Below are positions 11,098-19,324 of a stretch of 64,000 bases of DNA, piece after piece. Every line of letters begins with the position of its first letter. Position 1 is the stretch's first letter. The position numbers and the translations under genes were made by a program. The stretch spans positions 1 to 64,000 of the forward strand of contig JAPMXV010000015.1 in assembly GCA_026936335.1 (NCBI GenBank). Direction: 5' to 3'. This DNA is from Mantamonas sphyraenae STR306. Taxonomy: Eukaryota; Protista; CRuMs. Under the pieces are notes generated by a model. That model made no database searches and had not been told where the DNA came from. It was given only the letters and a program-made list of their open reading frames with translations.

Positions 11098-12852
11098 TCA
11101 CCCTCCCCTCCCCACCCACTCCAACACCCTCTCCATCACCTCATCCGGCAGTGTCATCCACTGTGCGGTCGGTTCATACCCCTCCATCCCCCCACACTCA
11201 AACATCACCTCCCTCTCTTGCCGATTCATCACCAACGCCACCTCCATCGCCTCATCCTTCTCCTCACCCCAACCAATCCAATGCCACGCCTTCCTCCACC
11301 CTGCCTCCCTCACCATCGCCACCGTTTCCATCCTTGGCTTCGCTCCCCACGCTTCCAACACCTCCACCACCTCGTCATCCCCATCCTCAACTGCCATCTC
11401 CAGCGCAGTCCTGCTGCCTTGCCTCCCTGCAAATGTCTCTACAGGCACACCCCGCTCCCTCAACCCAACCATCGTCTCCACATCTCCACATTCCACAAAC
11501 TCTGCATGTTGCTGCTCATTTCTCTCCACCAGCGACTGCAACGCGTCATTGGAAACGCCCTCGATCTTCCAGCACGACCGATTGCCTGCCATGGCCTTTG
11601 TCAGCACTGCTGCTCCCTCATCCCCGATGCTGTTGTTGTGGAGTTTCAGTGTCTGCAGGCTGCTGTTCTCACTCAGTGCCTGCGCCAGTGCCACTGCTCC
11701 TTCTGCCTTGATGAGGTTGCCAAACAGGTTCAGTTTCTGCAAGCTGCTGTTCCCAATCAGTGCTTGCGCCAGCGCTGTCGCTCCCTCTGCCTGGATGACG
11801 CTGTGGCTGAGGCTCAGTGTCTGCAGGCTGCTGTTCTCTCCCAGTGCCTGCGCCAGAGCCGTTGCCCCTTCAGCCCAGATCTTGTTGCCGGTGAGATCCA
11901 GTGTCTGAAGGCTACTGTTCGCTCCCAATCCCTTGGCCAACCCTGCTGCTCCTTCTGCTCCGATGCCGTTGCCGCGGAGGGTCAGTATCTGCAAGCTGCG
12001 GTTCTCGCTCAGGGCGCCCCCTAGAGCTGCTGCTCCTTCAGCCCCAATGCCGTTTTCGTCGAGGTTCAGAGTCTGCAAGGTGTTGTTCCCATTCAGTGCA
12101 TGCGCCAGTGCTGTTGCTCCTTCTGCTCCGATGCCGTTCTTGTCGAGGGACAGTGTCTGCAAGCTGCTGTTCTCTCCCAGTGCCTGCGCCAGTGCTGCCG
12201 CTCCTTCTGCTCCGATGCCGTTGCCGCGGAGGGTCAGTATCTGCAAGCTGCTGTTCTCACTCAAGGCCTGCGCCAGTGCTGCCGCTCCTCCCGCCCCGAT
12301 GCCGTTCTTGTCGAGGCACAGAGTGTGCAGGGTGCTGTTGTTCTCACTCAGTGCATGCGCAAGTGCTGCTGCTCCTTCTGCTCCGAGGCTGTTGCCGCCA
12401 AAGGTCAGTGTCTGCAAGCTGCTGTTCTCTCCCAGTGCCTGCGCCAGAGCTGCTGCTCCTTCTGCTCCGATCCTGTTGCTTCCGAGGGTCAGTGTCTTCA
12501 AGCTGCTGTTCTCACTCAGTGCCTGCGCCAGTGCTGCTGCTCCTCCTGCCCCAATGCTGTTCCTGCCAAAGGTCAGCATCTGCAGGCTGCGGTTCTCACC
12601 CAGTGCCTTGGCCAGCGCTACTGCCTCTCTTTCTCCAAGCATTTTGCCAAGTAGATGCAACACCTATCCCATGTGTCCCATGTGTCAGCACACTCTCCAT
12701 TGTTGCCTTCCCCTCGCTTCTTGACGGGCCACACGTCACCCGGTGTTCCAGGCGCAACCCACCCTTCCCTGTGCGTCCAGTGCATGACAAATCCGTGCAT
12801 GATCCCCGCTCTGCAGCAACGCCACCCAATCATCAGTCTTTCTCGACCTCAT
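11098..12852 (-). CDS. RI/NLRC3-type LRR protein 1 (~551 aa): ~12 LRRs, ANK-like repeat, C-terminal F-box-like cassette
   Basis: Exon 1 is 12852-12763 (MRSRKTDDWVALLQSGDHARICHALDAQGR). Phase-0 intron 12762-12664 (GTGGGT...GCTGAC...ATAG). Exon 2 has 28-aa LxxLxLxxNxIGAEGAAALAQAL repeats and ends WMTLPDEVMERVLEWVGRGG. Confidence 0.9.
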
Positions 12853-13270
12853 TGCGTCTGCTTTGCCCGTTGTGAGCGCGTGCGCTTGCCCTCCCATTCC
12901 CTTCTGCGGCCTCCCTCCTCCTCCCCCTCCTCCACCAGTCCTCCCCGCACGTTTTCTGACAACCCACTCTCCCTACCTTCAGATTTTGATTCTGTGAAAC
13001 TGTTTGCTTGGATTGCACGCCGCTGCGCACCATTTCATTCCCAGACCCTCCCACCTCACCCTCCCCTCCCCATCCACTCCAGCACCCTCTCCATCACCTC
13101 ATCCGGCAGTGTCATCCACTGTGCAGTCGGTTCATACCCCTCCATCCCCCCACACTCAAACATCGCCTCCCTCTCTTGCCGATTCATCACCAACGCCACC
13201 TCCATCGCCTCATCCACCTCCCCACTCCATCCAATCCAATGCCACGCCTTCCTCCACCCTTCCTCCCTCG
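12772..13270. repeat. Near-identical duplicated block (exon 1 of LRR1 + intergenic + 3' cassette of LRR2); partner at ~14520-15020
   Basis: Constant offset of 1748 bp (ATG 12852 vs 14600; stop 13056 vs 14804). The intergenic sequence is almost identical between the copies. Confidence 0.9.
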
Positions 13271-14600
13271 CAATCTCCACCGTCTCTTCCCTCACCTTGG
13301 CACCCCACGCCTGCAACACCTCCACAATCTGCTCATCCCCTCGCTTCACTGCTCTCTCCAGCGCTGTCTCCTCCCCTTCATCCCCTGCAAACGTGTCTAC
13401 AGGAACACCCCACTCTCTCAACCCAACCATCGTCTCCACATCTCCACACTCCACAAACTCTGCATGCTGCGCCATGTTTCTCTCCAACACCGACTCCATC
13501 GCAGAACATGTGACCCCGGTGACACTCCAGCAAGCGTGGTTCGTTTCCAAAGCCTGCACCAGTGCTTCTGCTCCTTCGTCCCCGATGCTGTTCATGCCAA
13601 GTTCAAGCAACTGCAAACTGCTGTTCTGACCCAGGGCCTTTGCCAGCGCTGCTGCTCCTTCTGCCCCGATACCATTGTGATCCAGGGTCAGCGTTTGCAA
13701 ACTGCTGTTCCCTGTAAGTGCCTGTGCCAGTGCCGCTGCTCCTTCTGACCCGATGCTGTTGTAGTCGAGATTCAGCGTCTGCAAACTGCTGTTCACGCTG
13801 ATTGCACGTGCCAGAGCTGCCGTCCCTTCTGCCCCAATGCTGTTGTAATCCAGGGTCAGTGTATGCAAGCTGCCGTTATCACTCAGCCCCTGCGCTAGAG
13901 CTGCTGCTCCATCTGCCCCGATGCTGTTGTTGCAGAGCACCAGCGTCTTCAAGCTGCGGTTCTCACTCAGGGCGCCCCCGAGTGCTGCTGCTCCTTCTGC
14001 CCCGATGCTGTTGTCCCTGAGTTCCAGTGTCCTCAAGCTGCGGTTCCCACACAGCGCCTGCGCCAGTCCGGCCGCGCCCTCTGCCCCGATGCTGTTGTAC
14101 AGGAGGTTCAGTGTCTGCAAACTGCGGTTCTCTCTCAGCCCCTGCGCCAGTGCTGCGGCTCCGTCTGACCCGATGCTGTTGTATCTGAGGTCCAGGGTCT
14201 GCAAGCTGCTGTTCTCTCCAATTCCCTGCCCTAGTGCTGCAGCCCCTTTGTCCCCGATGCTGTTGTTGTTGAGGCCCAGTGTCCGCAAGCTGCTGTTCTC
14301 TCTCAGCCCCTGCGCCAGTGCTGCTGCTCCTTTTGCCCCGATCCTGTTGTCCCAGAGGCCCAGGATGTGCAGACTTTTGTTCTTCGCCAGCCCTTTGGCC
14401 ATTTCTACCATCTCGGCCTCTGCCAGGCTCCTGCCACCAATCGACAACTTCTGTGGCGCGTGTCAGCGGTCCGCTTCGTCGCGCCTCCAGGGACAAACGC
14501 CCAAAATCACCTTTCCCTCTGCGTCCAGTGCATGACACACACGTGCGTGATCCCCGCTCTGCAGCAACGCCACCCAATCATCCATCTCCAGCGAGCTCAT
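13056..14600 (-). CDS. RI/NLRC3-type LRR protein 2 (~494 aa): ~10 LRRs, ANK-like repeat, C-terminal F-box-like cassette
   Basis: Exon 1 is 14600-14511 (MSSLEMDDWVALLQSGDHARVCHALDAEGK). Phase-0 intron 14510-14451 (GTGATT...GCTGAC...CACAG) joins in frame to ORF 13056-14447. Confidence 0.9.
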
Positions 14601-14803
14601 TGCCTCTGCGTTGCCCGTTGTGAGCGCGTGCGCTTGCCCTCCCATTCCCTTCTGCGGCCTCCCTCCTCCTCCCCCTCCTCCACCAGTCCTCCCCGCACGT
14701 TTTCTGACCACCCACTCTCCCTACCTTCAGATTCTGATTCTGTGAAACTGTTTGTTTGGATTGCACGCCGCTGCGCACCATTTCATTCCCACAACGTCCC
14801 CAC

Positions 14804-16266
14804 TCACCCTCCCCTCCCCACCCACCCAATCACCCTCTCCATCACCTCATCCGGCAGTGTCATCCACTGTGCGGTCGGTTCATACCCCTCCATCCCACCA
14901 CACTCAAACATCGCCTCCCTCTCCTCCCCATTCATCACCAAGCCGACCTCCATCGCCTCATCCACCTCCGCACTCCATCCAATCCAATGCCACGCCTTCC
15001 TCCACCCTGCCTCCCTCACCATCTCCACCACGTCTGTGCCTACCCTTGCACCCCATGTCCTCAACAACTGCAACACCACGCTCTGTGCATCTCCCTGCAG
15101 CCTCTCCAACGCCTCGACCAGCGCCGTCCTGCCACTGGGACATGTGTCCACGCTCACACCCCACCCCTTCAACTCCTTCATCGTTGCAACGCTCCCTCTC
15201 CGAGCGGCAGCGACGAACGCCTTGGCTTGAGATCGGTTTTGCTCCAGGACTTCCTCCAACGCGTCTTCCGTCGCCCCCAGGTACTCCCAGCATGTTCTGT
15301 TTGACATCATACCCTCCAGAATCGACGTTGTGCCATTCGACCCCAGATCCAACACTTGCAGAGTTGTGTTTGCGGCCAGCGCGCGCCCCAACGCGTCGCC
15401 GCCGTGGTTCCCGATTGAGCATCCGCACAGGAACAACATCTGCAGCGTTGTGTTGTGTTCCAGGACCTTGGAAAACGCCTCTGCTCCTTCGTCCCCGACA
15501 CAGTTGCCGCCGAAGCGAAAGCGCAACACGCCATCGTTCCTCAGTAGCCCCTTGGCTACCGCCACACTCCCCTCCACCTCGATCACGTTGTTGCCAAGGT
15601 CCAAATCCACCACCACACTGTTCTCTTCGAGGGCACGCGCAAACGCTGCCGCGGCGTTGTCAGCGAGAGAGTTCCCTGCAACATCCAGGGCCTCCAGGAC
15701 AGTGTTCTCCGCTAGGCCCTGGGCCAATGCCACGCCGCCCGCCTCTTGGATCCTGTTCTGGCTCATCGTCAGCCGCCTGAGAGTCTTGTTTTCCTTCAAT
15801 GCCCAGCCAACTGCGCACGCCCCTTTGTCGCGTATCAAGTTCTCCCCCACATGCAAGACCTTCAGCACGGCATTCTCAGTCAACAGGCGACCCAGTGCCA
15901 CACCACCGCCGTCCTGGATGCAGTTCCCGTGCAGCCAAAGCGTCTCTACGGAAGGATGCCGTTCCAACGCCTCGCACAACGCAACTGCACCTGTGTCAAA
16001 CAGGTGATTGTACCTGAAGTCGAGGTGTTTCACGTGATGTGCACCGTGTAGAGCCTTTGCCAAGAGGACACTCTCAGCCTCTCCGAACGCTTGTGCAAGA
16101 GCGAGGCTCTACTCGTTGTCAGCACCTCCACTACTCGGCTACGTGTACCCGTCTACCCAACACATACGCTTCCCTGCATGTCTATGGCCTCTTGAACCTC
16201 TTCTGCGCTTGCGCCCGCGCTCAACAACTCCTTCAGCCACGATTTCCACGATTTCACTGCAGTCAT
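14804..16266 (-). CDS. RI-type LRR protein 3 (~467 aa): ~9 divergent LRRs, ANK-like repeat, C-terminal F-box-like cassette
   Basis: Exon 1 is 16266-16168 (MTAVKSWKSWLKELL...DMQGS). Phase-0 intron 16167-16109 (GTATGT...GCTGAC...GTAG) joins in frame to ORF 14804-16063. Confidence 0.88.
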
Positions 16267-16375
16267 CACCTGTTTCCCCTTGTGCGCTATGCAACAAACA
16301 CGAGCACACCCACAACGCTGTATTTGGTTGCTGGACACCGTTTCCTGGCTCTCCGGGCGCGCTCCCCGTTCCCCC

Positions 16376-17932
16376 TCACCCTCCCCTCCCCACCCACCCA
16401 ATCACCCTCTCCATCACCTCATCCGGCAGTGTCATCCACTGCGCGGTCGGTTCATACCCCTCCATCCCACCACACTCAAACATCGCCTCCCTCTCCTCCC
16501 CATTCATCACCAAGCCGACCTCCATCGCCTCATCCACCTCCGCACTCCACCCAATCCAATGCCACTCCCGCCTCCACCCTGCCTCCCTCACCTGCTCCAC
16601 CGCTTCCATCCGTGGAACCGCATTCCATGCGCGCAACTGTGCAAGGACCCTCACGTCGCCGCTGTCAATCGCCGCCTCCAGTGCCGATTCCCCACCTGGG
16701 CACGCATTTGGATGCACGCCCCACTCGTTCAACGCTGACATCCTTTCCAAGTCCCCTGTTCGAATTGCCTTGACAAACGCCTTGCCCTGCTCATTGTTTG
16801 CGCTCAGCACTTTCGACGCCTCCTCGCCGCAGTCGATTCCCACGCTCCACAGCACCGTGTTTGACAGCACTCCCTCTGCCAGCGCTTCTTTTCCTTTCTC
16901 TTCGACAGGATTGCCGCCCAGGTTCATCCGTTGCAACGACTGGTTGGTGTGCACGCCCTGTCCGAGCGCGGCTGCTCCGACGTCTCCAATCTCGTTTCCG
17001 AACAAATGCAACGCCCGCAGCGTCCTTGTCTTGGCCAACACAGCCCCAAGGGCCTCAGCACCCTCGTCGCCTATCCCGTTCATGTCCAGATTCAGAAACT
17101 GGAGCCCTTCCTGCTCCCGCACAGCCTTGGCAATCGCTGCAGCCCCTTTGTCACCCACCCCGTTCTTCCCGAGGATGAGCTCCTGTAGGCTTCGATTCCC
17201 TGCCAGTCCTCTCCCCAACGCCGTCGCCCCTTGTGCTCCAAGTTCGTTGTTAAAGAGGTTCAGCAAACGAAGGGACTGCGATTCAACAAGTCCCTCTGCA
17301 AGCGCTTGCGCCCCTTCTGCGCCGATCAGGTTGTGATTGAGCAGCACGCGGTGCAACTCCGCGCACTTTCCCACTGCTGCACCCACAGCCACACCCCCTC
17401 GGTCCCCGATGTCATTGGTGGTGAGGTCGAGAGTGCGAATCCTTGGATGTCCACACAACGCTTCACAAATCGCCACTGCACCATCGTCCCCGATCTCGTT
17501 GCCGCCCAGAAGCAGTTTTCGCAAGCTGCGGTTCTCTCGCAGCCCCTTTGCCAGCGCTACGGCGCCTCCTTCCCCCAAGGAACTCTGGTGAATGCGCAGG
17601 TCCTCGAGCACGTCGTTTTCCGCCAGCGCGTCCGCCAGCGGGTTGACCCCTTCGAGCCCAAGCTTGCAGCGGGCCAGATGCAACCCGACCAAGGTTCGGC
17701 TGCAGCCCAGCGCCACGCTCAGCATCTTCATTGAGTGCGCTGTCGGCGATGATTTCACCAAGCTCAGAGTCTTTGGCGGCGTCAGCTCCACCCACCCTCT
17801 CCCATCTCCCACACACACAACCCCACCACCGACCTTATCTCCACAATTCTCCAGCAACTCTGTCATCTCCCACACTGTTGTGTTTTCCCTCTGAAACAGC
17901 GCCTCCAAACCTTCCCTCGTGTTCGTGCTCAT
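16376..17932 (-). CDS. RI-type LRR protein 4 (~497 aa spliced): ~10 LRRs, ANK-like repeat, C-terminal F-box-like cassette
   Basis: ORF of 518 aa. It contains a probable in-frame 63-nt intron at 17833-17771 (GTCGGT...GCTGAC...AAAG), at the same position and phase as in the three paralogues. Confidence 0.88.
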   Translation of the reverse strand: MSTNTREGLEALFQRENTTVWEMTELLENCGDKVGGGVVCVGDGRGWVELTPPKTLSLVKSSPTAHSMKMLSVALGCSRTLVGLHLARCKLGLEGVNPLADALAENDVLEDLRIHQSSLGEGGAVALAKGLRENRSLRKLLLGGNEIGDDGAVAICEALCGHPRIRTLDLTTNDIGDRGGVAVGAAVGKCAELHRVLLNHNLIGAEGAQALAEGLVESQSLRLLNLFNNELGAQGATALGRGLAGNRSLQELILGKNGVGDKGAAAIAKAVREQEGLQFLNLDMNGIGDEGAEALGAVLAKTRTLRALHLFGNEIGDVGAAALGQGVHTNQSLQRMNLGGNPVEEKGKEALAEGVLSNTVLWSVGIDCGEEASKVLSANNEQGKAFVKAIRTGDLERMSALNEWGVHPNACPGGESALEAAIDSGDVRVLAQLRAWNAVPRMEAVEQVREAGWRREWHWIGWSAEVDEAMEVGLVMNGEEREAMFECGGMEGYEPTAQWMTLPDEVMERVIGWVGRGG

Positions 17933-18362
17933 CGCCTAGCACCACACACGTACTCAAGCGTTAGCACACACCATGCTTGATCCCTCTCTCTCTCTCTCTT
18001 CTCCACAAACCTCAATGCAGTGCCTCGGGCTGCGCTGCGCGACATCCGCCTCCCTTATTAATACGTACCAGCCCACCACCACCAACACACAGCACACACT
18101 CCAATCGCCTTCCTATCCTCCTCCTCCTCCTTCTCCCCTTGCTCATCCCTTCGCTCTTGTGTTGAATCACCCCCAAGGAAAAAAATCCACCCAGCTTCTC
18201 TCCCCGCGGGCTGAGTTGCGCTTCGTCCCCACAGCTCGAACCACGCCGACCCAAAACCTACGTCCCACTCACGCACATCTCCATCTCCCTCACACCCCCT
18301 CCCTCCCCAATTTTCCTCCACTCCTCCTCTCCACAAAAATCCCTCCACACGCAATCCCCCTT

Positions 18363-19229
18363 TCATTCACATTCAACGCGCCTCCCCACCCACCCAATCA
18401 CTCTCTCCATCACCTCATCTGGCAGTGTCACCCACCTTTCCCACCCTCCCCGCTCCTCATACCCCTCCATCCCACCACACTCAAACATCGCTTCCCTCTC
18501 CTCCCCATTCATCACCAACGCCAGCTCGATTTCCACATCCACTTGCACAGGCCACTCTACATGTCGCTCCCTATCCCATTCGATGCCCTCGGTTCTCCAC
18601 TCGTGTTCACCGGGCCGGAACAGCTGCCGCAACCACACCTCCTCGTCACTCCCCCGCTCCTCCCGCTCCTCCTTCTTGCTCTTCTGCTTCTCGACCCACA
18701 CCTCCAACGCCGAATGCACCACAGCATCCACGTTCTTCGATTCCTTGGCCGAGGTGTGCACCACAGGCATGGCAAGCTTGCTCGCCACCCGTTCAATTTC
18801 CTCCTCGGCCACACTCCACTCCTCCCTCCCAACATCATCCTTTGTCACCACCAGCACAGCCGCCAAATCCTCCACTGCACATCCATGCACACGACCGGCA
18901 TCCTCCATCAGTTTTGGGAGGGCAAACCACGACGCCGCGTCCAGCGGTGCCACACAAAAACAAAACACCTCTGTGCTGTGCAGCCAGACCTCCACCACCC
19001 TATCAAACGTCTCCTCCAAATTCGTATCAAACAACCACACTTTGACGTGGTGCCCATCATGTTGCACATCCACTGCGTTCCTTGCGCTCCGGTTCTCCAC
19101 CCCGACCCGATCCATCACCAAACGACTTGCCAACCACGACTTGCCCACCCCCGAACCTCCCCACAACGACACTTGCACAACGTTCTTATTCGTCAGGGGA
19201 TGTTCCTGCTTGCTTGGCTTGTTCCCCAT
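18363..19229 (-). CDS. Divergent Ras/Rab-superfamily small GTPase (~288 aa) with N-terminal MGxxxS motif and the same C-terminal F-box-like cassette
   Basis: G1 GGSGVGKS, degenerate G3 WLFDTNLEE, G4 TKDD, G5 TSAK. Start chosen at MGNKPS (19229) because the longer ORF overlaps the neighbouring gene. Tail is MNGEEREAMFECGGMEGYE...WVTLPDEVMERVIGWVGR. Confidence 0.85.
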   Translation of the reverse strand: MGNKPSKQEHPLTNKNVVQVSLWGGSGVGKSWLASRLVMDRVGVENRSARNAVDVQHDGHHVKVWLFDTNLEETFDRVVEVWLHSTEVFCFCVAPLDAASWFALPKLMEDAGRVHGCAVEDLAAVLVVTKDDVGREEWSVAEEEIERVASKLAMPVVHTSAKESKNVDAVVHSALEVWVEKQKSKKEEREERGSDEEVWLRQLFRPGEHEWRTEGIEWDRERHVEWPVQVDVEIELALVMNGEEREAMFECGGMEGYEERGGWERWVTLPDEVMERVIGWVGRRVECE

Positions 19230-19324
19230 GGGTTCCCATCCCCCTCTTCTCCGTTTTGGTCCACCCACCGCAACCCCAATCCATCCCAAAAACCTACAAC
19301 TCTCCAACACTCCATTGCCTTGCC

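Noticed and set aside
11098-11320. C-terminal cassette as a SOCS box
   Set aside because: No BC-box (SLxxLCRxxI) precedes the LP motif. WxxLPDEV fits the F-box/PRANC pattern better, although this is not verified by a profile search.
11590-12640. CRISPR-like repeat-spacer array
   Set aside because: The 84-bp periodicity is in-frame LRR coding sequence in a eukaryotic gene, and no cas genes are present.
11098-19229. A split ROCO (LRR-Roc-COR) or NLR gene
   Set aside because: No COR, NACHT or NB-ARC domain is visible. The GTPase lies upstream of the LRRs, and each unit has its own exon 1, intron and stop.
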